A DNA stretch of 43,347 nucleotides from a virus. Taxonomy: Duplodnaviria > Caudoviricetes. Position numbers and translations under genes: made by a program. Shown piece by piece: positions 7,028 to 17,907 of the stretch. The stretch lies in IMG/VR virus record IMGVR_UViG_3300027545_000002, positions 1 through 43,347 of that record; one strand, written 5' to 3'. The stretch's first letter is position 1, and each line of letters opens with the position of its first letter. The notes under the pieces are model-generated. The model had not been told where the DNA came from. It made no database searches and worked only from the letters and a program-made list of their open reading frames with translations.

Positions 7028-10000
7028 CTAGTATAGTAGATTTGGGTCGCGTGTGCCTTTAGATTTACTGTTCTTTTCTATTATTCTTTTTGTTCCGTGT
7101 ATTGCTGGTTCAAAAGGATCTTTTACAAAAAATGCTGCTAGGGCATTTGCGTCTTCTAAACATTTTATTAAGTTATTCTTTATATAGCTAGGGTCTTTCT
7201 TCTGATGCTGGGCATCTAATGCCAATCTATAAAGCGCTTTATCTGCTTGCCCTAGTAGCCCTTCACTAGGTTCAGTTACCGGTACTCCTACTGAAAACTT
7301 AACTACATCTTCTATAGCTGTTTTCACAATTGGGATATTTAGTACCTGAAACAAGGATTCAATAGGTTCAATTATAAATCTCTCCATCGCCGCAGCACGT
7401 TGCTTATCGTCTTTAGCCATAGCATAACTAATAATTGCTTTAGCACTACCAAAAGCTAGTCCAGTATAAGCGGCTCTATAGATAGATCGCCTCAAATTTA
7501 ATGCCGCTTCTGAAGTCCTATGCTTAGCCCAATAGGTATAATCCACAGCTACTTGTGTTGATAGCTTTAGTTGTTGTCCGTGGAAAGTAGCAAAGAGTCT
7601 ACCTATTAAACCTCTATTCATAGCAGAGCGCATATCCACTGCTCCAGAAACCTGCGTCTTATGAACGAGTTCGCCAGCTTTTTCTAAAGCCTTAGCCTCG
7701 CTCATTCCTTGTTCCCTGTAATATTCTTTGGCTACAAACAGCCCAAACGCTTCTGCTTTTATACCTTGCAGTGTTGGAGACATCCAAAAAAATTGCCACA
7801 CGGTAGCTGCTGGGCTATCCATGTTATCTGTGTATCTGGTATTAGTAGCAGTATCAATAGCATGGGCGTCATGACGATGCTTTAGTTGTTTGGTATTAAG
7901 CATGTCATTAAAATTCTTTATTGGATCTTCAAAGAATTTAGCCGTACCCCTAGCTCTAGCATCTGCGGGTATATCAATTAGCATATTAAGACTCGCTAGT
8001 ACGTGAGCGGGGAATAGATGTATTTTTCCGCTAACCAGTGAAAAAGGTAAGTTTCTAAAAACAACGGTGTCAAGAAACTTTTCTAGCTGGTTAGCTGTAT
8101 TAACTTCTCCGTATAAAATATCTTTAGTTTTCTGCTTCCACGCATCAACAAAAAATGTTCCCTTCTGATTTATGAGTTGAGTAGTTAAACTCCTACTTCC
8201 CTGCACAGGAGCTATTTTATTTTTTATAATATCTTTAAATGCTAACCAATGCTCTGCTTGTCTTGAATATTGCTTAAATGCTGTATCAGCATCAGGAATA
8301 ATAACTCTTGATGTACTGCCAGTTCTGGATTTTAAAGTCCCGGGCGAACTATTATTAATAGCCCTCCCTCTAGGTATAGTGTCCTGAAAATGCTCTTGAG
8401 TTAAATTTTCAGCGCTGTCATGTACAAGTTGCCCAGAAAACATTTCTGTTTTATTTAGCGGATAACCTTTATCCTTCTCTACCTCTTTAGATAGCTTGCC
8501 GTATAGTTTGTAATACCCTTTTCTATAAGCATCCATCATATCTAAATAACGCGGATCTATTTTAGCTAGTTGTTCTTCTATCTGAGCCTGCAATTGATAT
8601 GTACGCATCACATCTAACTCAGGGTCGCCATATCCATTACCTTTAATAAGAGCATTAGCTGCTTTTTCGTCATCAAGCATCATATGTAGTTGCACTGCTT
8701 GGTTAGCTGAAAGTACATCTACCCCAGAACCGTTTTTATCTGTGTATTCTATATAAATTCTATTAGCGTCAGTTTGTGGAAATAGCTTAACTAGCTTTAT
8801 TGCTTTGCGATATAGTTTCAATACAAAACCGTCTTTCCTGCCCTTGCGTAGTAGCTCTTTTATAGCCCCAACGTCCGAGTTACTTGTTTCCGCTATTTCC
8901 CCGTATAAAGTATTTACGTTATTAGAATGTTCTCTTTCTGATTCTTGCTGTGCAGGGTGTACGTTTAGTTCCTCCAGTAACGCATCTCGTTCTTTAATAT
9001 TAGCTTCTTCATTTAAAGCTACCTCATTCATTTGATGATAGTTACCAGTTAAATTAACTCCCGCCTCAGAGAAATGGGGTATATGTAATTTATCAGTATC
9101 AGCGTTAGTCCTATCACTACCCCCGACAGCTTTTTTAACTCTATCAACTAAATCTTTTCTCGCTTTCTGTTCCTCTAATACTTTAGCTATTTTGCCTTTA
9201 CGACCAGTATTATATGCTTCTTCAATTTCTATTTTTAATTTACGTAGCCCTTTGGCATTCCTTTTATCAATGTTAGCTATGAAGTTTGCAGCATCGTAAT
9301 TAGCTTGTTCTTCTTGCGAATTAGGGTGCCCCTGCTGTTCGTTATATTCATAATCCCCAATAACTTTATCTGCTTCGCTTTGATTATGGAAATATTGTCG
9401 CACCTTATCTAAAAATTTCTGTACTTCTATTTTGTCTAAACGTGTTTCTGGTTGTCCTGCTGTTACTTTAGGTTCAGTATTTTTAATAGTATTTTCTAAA
9501 CGTTCTTTTTCAATCTCTCTACTTTCAGTTTCATGCGCTGCTTCTTTAGCTTGCGCTTTTTTTAAATCTTTTTGTATTTTATCTAAGTCTTGCCGTAGTC
9601 CTGTTAGCTCACCTTCGTATTGTATTCGTTCACCTGGAGGTAAAGTTCTACTAGCAAAAACAGCCCCCCGCAATGCTTTTGTAGCTTTATTCTTTTTATC
9701 TATTAAAGCTTTTACTTCGCCATGTAATTGCGTAGACGTTTCATCACGTTCTATTTCCCCTTTAGTGCGGGTATCTTCTTTAGGTATTTCAACTTTTAAT
9801 TCTGGCTCTTCTTGCGGAAATAGCCAATTCAAAGCCTCTGTTCTAGCATCGTCCTTAACTTGCTGCGGCGTTCTTTCGCTTTCTGCTGGCATATCCTCTA
9901 CAGCTTTTTGTTCCTGATTTTGTAGATGAGCTTCTAGATTTGCTCCTGGTAATTCAAGTGTATTAGCAAAAGCTTTCATACCCTGCGGTAAAGTCTTAGG

Positions 10001-10993
10001 TAGTATTATCCCTCTTACATTTTTAACTGCCATACCTCCTAACCATCCAGTGGCTAAAAAAGCTGGGGTAGTAGCTGCCATTTGATATGCAGTAGCTTGT
10101 AATTGCTTACCTATATCTTTAGGGGCTAAATGTGGATTGTTAGTTAAATGCGCGGCTATAGCTTCTGTCCCTATAGTAGTAGCGCTTTGCAGTTCAGCAG
10201 TAGTCATAGTAACTCCAGTAACCGCAGCAAACTTAGTAAACATACGCAATAAAGTATTTTTAAATGCTGGGTGTTTTAAAAATAAATCTTTAGACGCTAC
10301 TTCTAATCCCCCTAATAATGCTCCGCTACCAACTTGCAATGCTCCTACTACAGCCCCCGCTGCTAAAGAATAATTACGAGCTACATCATGCGATGCTCCA
10401 CCCCTTCTTAATTCCATATACATTTCCCCAGCAGTTAATTGCGCCGTAGTAGCACTAGCACTTAGATCAGCCGCCACTAAAGCCCCCGCCATAGTTCCTA
10501 CAGGGGAACCTAATGAGCCAATCGCACCCCCAGCAACAGCAGGGGCGGCGGCATTAGTTGCTACCTTTTGTAAGTATGGAAGGGTTTCTAATACTGGCCC
10601 TAGAGCATCAGCCGCATGTATAGCCCATTCAGGAGTATCAGAAGGTAAAATATTATTATGTTTATTCGCTGCCAACTGCGCTTCTACGTTAGCATATTCA
10701 GCTCCATCCCCCATTAATAGCCTAGAACCCGCTACCGCTGTTTGTACACTGTCTACCCCACGTCCTATATGTTCAGCAGCAGGTGCCATAATTCTAGTAA
10801 CAGCAGTGCTTAAGTTAAATGGTTCCTCTGCCTTTGTAGCCCCCTCTACATCAGGTTTACCAATAGGAGTTACATCAAATTCAGATTTAGGTAAGGGTAT
10901 ATCAGCAAAAGGATCGCGCTCAGGCGCAGCACTACCGACAGCAGAAGTGCTACTTAAATCAGGTATAGCGTTTTGTTTAATTAGATCTGACAT
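7028..10993 (-). CDS. Large internal virion/ejection protein (T7 gp16 position)
   Basis: 1321 aa, helical, Ala/Gly-rich hydrophobic stretches; third of three genes after nozzle and GNAT. Confidence 0.7.
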   Translation of the reverse strand: MSDLIKQNAIPDLSSTSAVGSAAPERDPFADIPLPKSEFDVTPIGKPDVEGATKAEEPFNLSTAVTRIMAPAAEHIGRGVDSVQTAVAGSRLLMGDGAEYANVEAQLAANKHNNILPSDTPEWAIHAADALGPVLETLPYLQKVATNAAAPAVAGGAIGSLGSPVGTMAGALVAADLSASATTAQLTAGEMYMELRRGGASHDVARNYSLAAGAVVGALQVGSGALLGGLEVASKDLFLKHPAFKNTLLRMFTKFAAVTGVTMTTAELQSATTIGTEAIAAHLTNNPHLAPKDIGKQLQATAYQMAATTPAFLATGWLGGMAVKNVRGIILPKTLPQGMKAFANTLELPGANLEAHLQNQEQKAVEDMPAESERTPQQVKDDARTEALNWLFPQEEPELKVEIPKEDTRTKGEIERDETSTQLHGEVKALIDKKNKATKALRGAVFASRTLPPGERIQYEGELTGLRQDLDKIQKDLKKAQAKEAAHETESREIEKERLENTIKNTEPKVTAGQPETRLDKIEVQKFLDKVRQYFHNQSEADKVIGDYEYNEQQGHPNSQEEQANYDAANFIANIDKRNAKGLRKLKIEIEEAYNTGRKGKIAKVLEEQKARKDLVDRVKKAVGGSDRTNADTDKLHIPHFSEAGVNLTGNYHQMNEVALNEEANIKERDALLEELNVHPAQQESEREHSNNVNTLYGEIAETSNSDVGAIKELLRKGRKDGFVLKLYRKAIKLVKLFPQTDANRIYIEYTDKNGSGVDVLSANQAVQLHMMLDDEKAANALIKGNGYGDPELDVMRTYQLQAQIEEQLAKIDPRYLDMMDAYRKGYYKLYGKLSKEVEKDKGYPLNKTEMFSGQLVHDSAENLTQEHFQDTIPRGRAINNSSPGTLKSRTGSTSRVIIPDADTAFKQYSRQAEHWLAFKDIIKNKIAPVQGSRSLTTQLINQKGTFFVDAWKQKTKDILYGEVNTANQLEKFLDTVVFRNLPFSLVSGKIHLFPAHVLASLNMLIDIPADARARGTAKFFEDPIKNFNDMLNTKQLKHRHDAHAIDTATNTRYTDNMDSPAATVWQFFWMSPTLQGIKAEAFGLFVAKEYYREQGMSEAKALEKAGELVHKTQVSGAVDMRSAMNRGLIGRLFATFHGQQLKLSTQVAVDYTYWAKHRTSEAALNLRRSIYRAAYTGLAFGSAKAIISYAMAKDDKQRAAAMERFIIEPIESLFQVLNIPIVKTAIEDVVKFSVGVPVTEPSEGLLGQADKALYRLALDAQHQKKDPSYIKNNLIKCLEDANALAAFFVKDPFEPAIHGTKRIIEKNSKSKGTRDPNLLY

Positions 10994-12848
10994 CAGGATT
11001 TTTAACCTTTAGGGTAGACCTTACTCTTTCAGGAGCTAACAAAGGTTTTACTTTATACCTATTTTCCATCATGCCGTTTAAAACCGTATTCTTCCATTGT
11101 CTAGGAGTTAAATTAAACTCTTGGAGCTTAGAATCAGTATGCAACCTATCTAATTGATTATTGATATACGTCTTTGCATTTTGATATCCAATACTGCCAG
11201 GGGTAAGTTCCATATAGCTTGCAAATTCAGAAGGCATGGCTTCTGTTTTTACAACGTCTAACGATTCTGGATGTTGTCCTTTTGGTAGTTGCGGCGCCTC
11301 TTGTTTATAAGCAGGAGTAACTTGATGCCTTATTTTTGTATATAACTTACTTAACTCTTTGTACTGAGGTTCTGTTATTGCCCCGCTGTGTTTCGCTTCT
11401 TCTAATGCGGTTCCCATTTTATACAATTTACCAGCAGTGATACCACTTCCTATAACAAAAGAACTACCCTTATTTTCAGGTAACTTAGCTACCCCGTCTA
11501 CACTAAAAGCCACGTCCGAAAAACCTTTTTCTAAAGTATTGTACTTAGCTTTATTTTCAGGCGTCTGAGGTCTTTCTGCCTGATCTTCTTTTTGTATTTT
11601 TTCTACTTGAGTGGCATTATAGATACTTGTTTCTTGTACTGTACGTCCTCTATTTTCTTGATCGTGGGTTATCTCTTTCCCAAAAGAACTTATAGCAGAA
11701 GATATATCTTTTGCCCTATCCTCGAAAGGTAGCTTCTCGTAATTGGCTTGAATAGCTGTAAAATCATCTTTTCCTTCTTGTCTAATTTCAGGAGTAGCCC
11801 CGTTTATGGCTTGGTCTGAAGCTGTTCTAGCAGTATCCCAATAATGTAAATCGTTATTCTCTTTAGCTAGCTTTAAATTATCCGTCATAGTCTTTTCAGT
11901 TTCAGCAGCTTGAGACTGCATACCTAATAGTATTTTTGGATCTGTATCCTTCACTAATAAACTATTTGGATTAGTTAATTGTTTATTTAATAACTTAGCC
12001 GCCTCTAACTGCGCTTTAGCCCCCACATATAAATTACCGTCTTTCGGGATAAAATTATTTGCATTAAGCACAAAAGTTTTTTGCGTTGACCAGTTACTTA
12101 TTTTAAGGTTGTCTTTTAATTCTGGTATTTTTCCCATAGTGCCTGCTGGGGTTTTAATCGCCGCCGTTTCTGGTGAATCTGCTCTAGCTAATGCTCCGGC
12201 TAAATCAGTTGTTGATTGAGTAGCAAGACTCTTATCTAAATTAGTATCTCTAATGCCTACTGCATTAGTCATGGCGTTTCCCTTAGCAGTATCGAATCGC
12301 TTATTTATCTCAACTAAATTTTTTCTTACGGCGGCATCAAAACCGTTATATGCTCCTTGTGCCCCGTCGGTTGTTGGTTGAAGCTGTCCTGTTAATTGAT
12401 CTCTATAAACCCCCGCCGCTGTTTTATACCCCGCACTAAATTTAGCAATAGCTTCTGGGGAAAAAGCATTTGGATCATTTTTATTTGCCTCTATATAATC
12501 ACTTGCTTGTGTATTAGTATGTGTAATTAAATCATCAGCGCTAGCACCAGCAGTGTTCGTGTTATACAACGCGTTCATCTTATTAGTAGCGTCTCTGTGA
12601 GCTTTAACAGCACCGGATACACCAGCTACTACCCCTGCTAATCCTTCCCCTATCGGACGAAGCCAAGCATTTCGTACTAAAGCTCCTGTTTCCGCAACAT
12701 CATTTGATAATTGTGTTCCTGACCTAATAGCCCCTTCAGCTACATTCAGCCCAGTATCAGGCAAACCAGGCGCATTAACTGCATCGGGTGAACTTTGAAT
12801 TACCGAGTTAAATGGTTCGTTGGGTGTAAAATTTCCAATCTTTGGCAT
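10977..12848 (-). CDS. Internal virion/ejection protein (T7 gp15 position)
   Basis: MPKI start, helical 623 aa, synteny. Confidence 0.65.
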   Translation of the reverse strand: MPKIGNFTPNEPFNSVIQSSPDAVNAPGLPDTGLNVAEGAIRSGTQLSNDVAETGALVRNAWLRPIGEGLAGVVAGVSGAVKAHRDATNKMNALYNTNTAGASADDLITHTNTQASDYIEANKNDPNAFSPEAIAKFSAGYKTAAGVYRDQLTGQLQPTTDGAQGAYNGFDAAVRKNLVEINKRFDTAKGNAMTNAVGIRDTNLDKSLATQSTTDLAGALARADSPETAAIKTPAGTMGKIPELKDNLKISNWSTQKTFVLNANNFIPKDGNLYVGAKAQLEAAKLLNKQLTNPNSLLVKDTDPKILLGMQSQAAETEKTMTDNLKLAKENNDLHYWDTARTASDQAINGATPEIRQEGKDDFTAIQANYEKLPFEDRAKDISSAISSFGKEITHDQENRGRTVQETSIYNATQVEKIQKEDQAERPQTPENKAKYNTLEKGFSDVAFSVDGVAKLPENKGSSFVIGSGITAGKLYKMGTALEEAKHSGAITEPQYKELSKLYTKIRHQVTPAYKQEAPQLPKGQHPESLDVVKTEAMPSEFASYMELTPGSIGYQNAKTYINNQLDRLHTDSKLQEFNLTPRQWKNTVLNGMMENRYKVKPLLAPERVRSTLKVKNPDVRSN

Positions 12849-13394
12849 TTAGAATAAAGACCCTATTGCAGTAGCTAACCCAGACCCCGCGGCTTTACCA
12901 GCCGCCGCACTAGCTGATCCTAAAAACGGCCCGAATAAGCTTGTAAAAACTTGTACATCAGCGTTCTCTTGTGTAATATCTGCGTTAGCCAAGCCCGCTG
13001 TATATTGATTACTAATTCCAAGTAAAGCTGCTCTACTAGCGTTTATAGTAGCGTTAGCTTGTGTGTTTTGCATTTGCGCTTGTAAGCCGCTTTGTTGCAT
13101 AGATTGATTTATGCCTAACGCTGCAAGTTGTCTTTGTTGATTAAGAACCCCCATTGGAGAACCTTCGGGTAATACACCACCAGCATTAAAGCTTTCAGCA
13201 GTATTCCCAAGACTTTGCTTAGCTGCCAAAGTCTCCATACTGGCGTTATAATTGCCTACATTGAGCGTATTCTGTGCTTGTTCTTCTTGTAGCCCAGCTT
13301 CTATACCGCTAGTCTGAGCCGACATAGCTTGACCAGCTTCTACCCCAGGGTAAGAGCTAGCATATACGCTGCCTGCATTCATCCCGGCTACGAT
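12849..13394 (-). CDS. Internal virion protein (T7 gp14 position); start ATC 13394 or ATG 13382
   Basis: Q/A/G-rich with AGGVLPEGSP motif typical of gp14-like proteins; synteny. Confidence 0.7.
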   Translation of the reverse strand: MVAGMNAGSVYASSYPGVEAGQAMSAQTSGIEAGLQEEQAQNTLNVGNYNASMETLAAKQSLGNTAESFNAGGVLPEGSPMGVLNQQRQLAALGINQSMQQSGLQAQMQNTQANATINASRAALLGISNQYTAGLANADITQENADVQVFTSLFGPFLGSASAAAGKAAGSGLATAIGSLF

Positions 13395-13396
13395 GG

Positions 13397-13837
13397 CTAA
13401 TCCTCCTTAGTTATTGCGTACATCAAATAATCCTGCTTATCCTTAGTATAGAGCTTCATTCGTCCTTCATAAACAAATCCAAGCTTCTCTATAAATTTCA
13501 CTCTCGTTGGATCATCTAAAACACTACTTTGCAATCTATGTATATTAGGGTGGGCTTTCAAGAGGGATATTGTTCTATAACATATTCTAAAGGAAACTTG
13601 CGGGTATTCAAAAATATATTTACTGGGTATGACGAACATCTCAACTACGCCAGGCCATAGCGTCAAATAGCCAGCTACCCCTAAGAGCTTGCCATCATGA
13701 AACGTACTACGACAATCATTCCCTGGAACAAACACGTTAGCTAGGAATTTCCTAAAATCCAGCATTTCTATTTCATGCGGTTGCAGTTGCAACTGGTCTA
13801 AATGCCAAGCTTCAAATGGAACGATGCTAGTAACCAT
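13397..13837 (-). CDS. GNAT-fold protein (T7 gp13-like)
   Basis: LLGVAGY..LWPGV and KFIEKLGFVYEG motifs; follows the nozzle gene. Confidence 0.8.
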   Translation of the reverse strand: MVTSIVPFEAWHLDQLQLQPHEIEMLDFRKFLANVFVPGNDCRSTFHDGKLLGVAGYLTLWPGVVEMFVIPSKYIFEYPQVSFRICYRTISLLKAHPNIHRLQSSVLDDPTRVKFIEKLGFVYEGRMKLYTKDKQDYLMYAITKED

Positions 13838-16473
13838 TAGGTAGTATTGAACTGATCATCTGAAGTTTGTACGTACCCATCAATTCCACAAACTGTAGCC
13901 GATAAAGGTAGTCTTTGGATTACCACAATTTTCTTTTGTGGGTCTTGATCTTGCTCCGTCCATGAGTCAGCATACTGCACCATATCAATACCTGTAAAGG
14001 GTACAGTCGGTCTATCAGTTTGAAAAGGTGCTTGTCTAAAAGTTAATTGCTGTTGTGTGTAATAATCAGTACCAAAAGTAAGCCCAACAGAATTTAAAAA
14101 CCTCAAAGCTGCTTTTACTAAAATACGAGATTTACTCTGTGCCGTTCCGCTTTTTCCGCCCACATCTAAGTTTAAAGTTTCCAAAGTTCCTATATAAGGA
14201 AAACCTACAACTACTGTGCTGGCTGGGGCTTGGAGTGTTATTGCTCCATTTGCAACAGTAGCATTCACAGCAGGGCCGCCGTCCGTCACGACCGATACAC
14301 TATTGCCATTACCAAAGTAACCAAGACCGTTTATTGTCGTAGCCGTTAAATACCAACTACCAGCAGCCATAGCCGCTGTAGTAGAAAACGGAACATAAAC
14401 TTTAGCTGTCATATGTGTACTGTCAGTAAAAGCTGTTATTACAGCTATGCCATTACCTTGATCATTACCGTCATAGGAATTAGTAATTAACTGCCCTACC
14501 ATCGAAGCCGTAAAGATTGGAGCTGAAGCAGTCAGTGTTATTGATGCTCCAATAGGGCCAACAGCAGAAGGAGTTACTGAAACATTTGCGTTTCTTCCAA
14601 GAGCTGAGCCATCATAATAAACAGCCATATCTAAATAAATAGATGACTTCTGCTTTTCATACATTGCATTATTAAATAACATTAGATCAGCAGCTTTACC
14701 TGCTGGGGTGCTAACGCTTCCGTAAAAATCCCGAAAATTAGGAAATTGCTGATAATCAGCCATATATTCAACCGAACATATAGTTTGCCCGTTTATAGTT
14801 CTAGTTACAGCAAACCAAAGCTGATCTGTTGTGTTATTACGTGGAGAGACTGCTAAGGAATTAACAACAGCGTTGTTTACTAATATCCCATTAGAATTAG
14901 TAGACTGACCCCCTAAGTAGTTTCTAAACCATCCAGCATAAGGTTCTATTTCTGGACGTGAGTAAATGAAGCCCAGGAACCTACCATCAGTTCTTAAATA
15001 CCACATAGTATCTGGATAACCACGCTGTTGAACAACCTGAGTTAAACCAACTTGTGATAAATGATCAGCCGCTATGATTTGGTCTTTAGTAGTAAGCCCT
15101 TGAATATAAAAATCATATTCCAAAGAGCGAACACGCTGACCGCCTCTTTGAATAAAGAATAACGTATCACCATTAGCTAACGGTAATGTATAAGCACAGC
15201 CTATTGTATTTGCTGGTTGAGCTGTAATAGCACTAGGAGTAACAGGAGTGCCTTGAGTAGTTCCCCATAGACTCCTTACTGAAGCAAATGTACCAATGAC
15301 CATGAATCCATTAGTGTTTGAAATCCATTCTACGTAATCTACTTTGCCGCTAAACAATGGAGCAAGAGTAAATATAACTGAGTTAGTTGCAGCAGTTCCA
15401 AGAGTAAAATCGTCAAACGCTGTAGTACCGCTAGAAGGGGCAGAACTGCCCCAAAGAGATTGAGGGTTATTAAGAGTACCTCCATACCATAAACGCCCAG
15501 CAGAATCGAACTGAACACTACGTGGATAATTTCCTAAACTAGTAAAAGGATCTGTTCCTGTCCGCGTAAACGTTGCCATTGACCAATTAGCGCTCGAATT
15601 TCTAATAAGCTTATACGGAGCATATTGCTGATTGACAATATACATAACATCAGCACTCTGAGCATATTGAAGATTAGCTATATCAGCAGCTACATAAGGT
15701 GTCGTTACTTCATAAATACGTTGAGCAACTGCACCACTTGTATAAGCAGCTAACGCCGTCGTATTGATAGCATTAGCAAATAAATCAGTAAGGCTAAAAT
15801 TATTAGCATCGATTTTGACCACAAGGTATTGCTGTCCATCTAATAACATTGCTCCTGTGCCAACTAAGAAAACAGCATCCCCAGTAGAATATTGATGATG
15901 AGTAGCAGTGATCACCCCAGGATTAGCATTAGTAATTGCGCTAATGCCGACTACCTGAGTTGCTTTGCCGCCATTGGTGTAAGTGCCATAAGCAGTACTG
16001 TCTACCCCTAAAGTAAAAGTATTAGCGTCAACCACAGTAATAGTATAAGTATTGCCATTTAACTGCGTCATACCTGCTACGTTATTAATAATAACCTTAT
16101 CGCCAGTTGCATAACCATGCGCAGTATCAGTGACAGAAGCAGGATTAGCATTGGTAACGCCAGTAATAACAGTATCGTTACCAGTCACAATTCCATTGTT
16201 AGTGTAGAACCGCATCTTCAATGGAGTGACTTCAACAATATAAGTTTGCTGATCACTAAAGTTAAAAGGTACTAAAGCTGCTGTTTGATTCAATCTAGTA
16301 TTAGTAACGAAAACCGTTCCGTTTCTATACTGCGCTGGTCCTTGTGGAGTAGCTAGAAAGTTTTCCATCTTAGCTAAAGACTTTTTATAAATAGGCGCAT
16401 CAATACGTCCGTGCATGAGTGGTGATATTTCACCACCAGAAAAGTTAGATATTAATTCATTTGCTATAGGCAT
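13837..16473 (-). CDS. Tail nozzle / tail tubular protein B (T7 gp12-like) with two FCCH-like inserted repeats
   Basis: NFSGGEISP...R.D, ENF...PQG...R.GT, YAQSADVMY, FFIQRGG motifs; ITGVTNANP...HGYATGD repeat present twice. Confidence 0.9.
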   Translation of the reverse strand: MPIANELISNFSGGEISPLMHGRIDAPIYKKSLAKMENFLATPQGPAQYRNGTVFVTNTRLNQTAALVPFNFSDQQTYIVEVTPLKMRFYTNNGIVTGNDTVITGVTNANPASVTDTAHGYATGDKVIINNVAGMTQLNGNTYTITVVDANTFTLGVDSTAYGTYTNGGKATQVVGISAITNANPGVITATHHQYSTGDAVFLVGTGAMLLDGQQYLVVKIDANNFSLTDLFANAINTTALAAYTSGAVAQRIYEVTTPYVAADIANLQYAQSADVMYIVNQQYAPYKLIRNSSANWSMATFTRTGTDPFTSLGNYPRSVQFDSAGRLWYGGTLNNPQSLWGSSAPSSGTTAFDDFTLGTAATNSVIFTLAPLFSGKVDYVEWISNTNGFMVIGTFASVRSLWGTTQGTPVTPSAITAQPANTIGCAYTLPLANGDTLFFIQRGGQRVRSLEYDFYIQGLTTKDQIIAADHLSQVGLTQVVQQRGYPDTMWYLRTDGRFLGFIYSRPEIEPYAGWFRNYLGGQSTNSNGILVNNAVVNSLAVSPRNNTTDQLWFAVTRTINGQTICSVEYMADYQQFPNFRDFYGSVSTPAGKAADLMLFNNAMYEKQKSSIYLDMAVYYDGSALGRNANVSVTPSAVGPIGASITLTASAPIFTASMVGQLITNSYDGNDQGNGIAVITAFTDSTHMTAKVYVPFSTTAAMAAGSWYLTATTINGLGYFGNGNSVSVVTDGGPAVNATVANGAITLQAPASTVVVGFPYIGTLETLNLDVGGKSGTAQSKSRILVKAALRFLNSVGLTFGTDYYTQQQLTFRQAPFQTDRPTVPFTGIDMVQYADSWTEQDQDPQKKIVVIQRLPLSATVCGIDGYVQTSDDQFNTT

Positions 16474-17273
16474 CAGTCTATAATCGTAAATCTAGAAGCT
16501 TCCGCATTAGCCCGTAATGCTCTGCGCCTTTCTAACGCGGGGCTTCGTTCAATCCGTAGCGGCGGATTCTCTTGACCGCTAACCGCTGTTAACGCTGGAG
16601 TTAATTCATCTATTTGTTTTTGTATAGACATAACTAACGAATTACTTTTAGTTATTTGATAAGCAATTTTTCTAGCTATCTTTAGCTCAAGAAGCTCAAG
16701 TACGTCTTGTGTCCAATTAGTCAGATTAGTTTCGTTAAATATATAACGTAGATTTATTGAGGTGTTTACCGCAGTACCAGCAAGGTCACTGGGATTAGTA
16801 ACTACTTGTCCAGTAATAATAGTAGTTATAGTTTCAACTGACTCACTACCTGTAATTATTGGCCCAATATCCGTGGTTGTTTGCACAACATCAGCTAAAT
16901 TACTTTGAATACCAAAAAGACTAGAATTATTTACCCAAATTTGTCGTTGAGACATTATTCTATAACGGTGCTTTTGCCACTCGACAATCTCCCCACCTAA
17001 AGAAACAAAGCGAACAAAATCAGCCGGTAGTTGATAAGCATCGCTAAAATCTCTGATAGGCGTCCCAATGCGGCTAATCATTGTTTCTTGTGTAGCAAAT
17101 GGCCACGGATTCATACGCAATACATTTACACGCTGCTGATCATAAAATTGCGCTAGCACCGCTTCCATAGCATTGCCAGGAGTTGGCGGGTTTATAGAAG
17201 CAATAGTTATGTTTTGCCCACACGCAGTAAGCGCGTTTTGACAAACTTGAACATCAGCGCTAGGTGCTGCCAT
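16473..17273 (-). CDS. Tail adaptor / tail tubular protein A (T7 gp11-like)
   Basis: VCQNAL...G, YDQQR...L...PWPFA, YQLPADF motifs; GGAGGT RBS. Confidence 0.85.
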   Translation of the reverse strand: MAAPSADVQVCQNALTACGQNITIASINPPTPGNAMEAVLAQFYDQQRVNVLRMNPWPFATQETMISRIGTPIRDFSDAYQLPADFVRFVSLGGEIVEWQKHRYRIMSQRQIWVNNSSLFGIQSNLADVVQTTTDIGPIITGSESVETITTIITGQVVTNPSDLAGTAVNTSINLRYIFNETNLTNWTQDVLELLELKIARKIAYQITKSNSLVMSIQKQIDELTPALTAVSGQENPPLRIERSPALERRRALRANAEASRFTIID

Positions 17274-17289
17274 CGCGCACCTCCTAGCT

Positions 17290-17883
17290 TTAGGCTTGCG
17301 TGTAAAGTAATTCTACGCCAACAAAGCCAGCTACAGAAGTAGCAGTAGTCACTGTCAAGCACAAATCGTATTGTCGCGGTGTACCCAAATTTGGTGCAGA
17401 TGAACCAGACATAACAAGTGAATCTCCAGCAATTTGATAAAGCATTTGTTGTTGACCAATAGAATCGCCAGAAGTTTGCATCTGCCAAGCACCTGAAGCT
17501 TGAAGCGCTGCTAAACCATTAACCCCTAAACCAATCATTGGTAAAGCTGCTGTAGCTATAGAAGTAGCCGCCATAAGAATAGCTGCTCCTGTAGTAACAG
17601 GTTTAACAGTTGTACTTTGGTTAGCTGCATAAAGCCCGGCACTTACTGCTAATGAAGTTAGCGCGTTATAAGTACCTATAGTTAAATAGACTGGAACTAT
17701 ATTAGCGTCTAAATTTTTAAATATACGCCAGATATCCCCGACAGCAGTTGTAGTTGGTACTTTATAAGACTTGAATTTTCTAAGTAGTGGTTGACCATCA
17801 GTTGTAGTAGGACCACGACTTATGACCATACCATTAGCATCTAAAAGCCCTACTTGAGTGTCAGCATAAATATTGATAGTCAT
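17290..17883 (-). CDS. Capsid decoration/cement protein (putative)
   Basis: Beta-rich 197 aa directly after the major capsid gene. Confidence 0.55.
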   Translation of the reverse strand: MTINIYADTQVGLLDANGMVISRGPTTTDGQPLLRKFKSYKVPTTTAVGDIWRIFKNLDANIVPVYLTIGTYNALTSLAVSAGLYAANQSTTVKPVTTGAAILMAATSIATAALPMIGLGVNGLAALQASGAWQMQTSGDSIGQQQMLYQIAGDSLVMSGSSAPNLGTPRQYDLCLTVTTATSVAGFVGVELLYTQA

Positions 17884-17907
17884 GTTACTTTAATTTCTCC
17901 GTATTTA

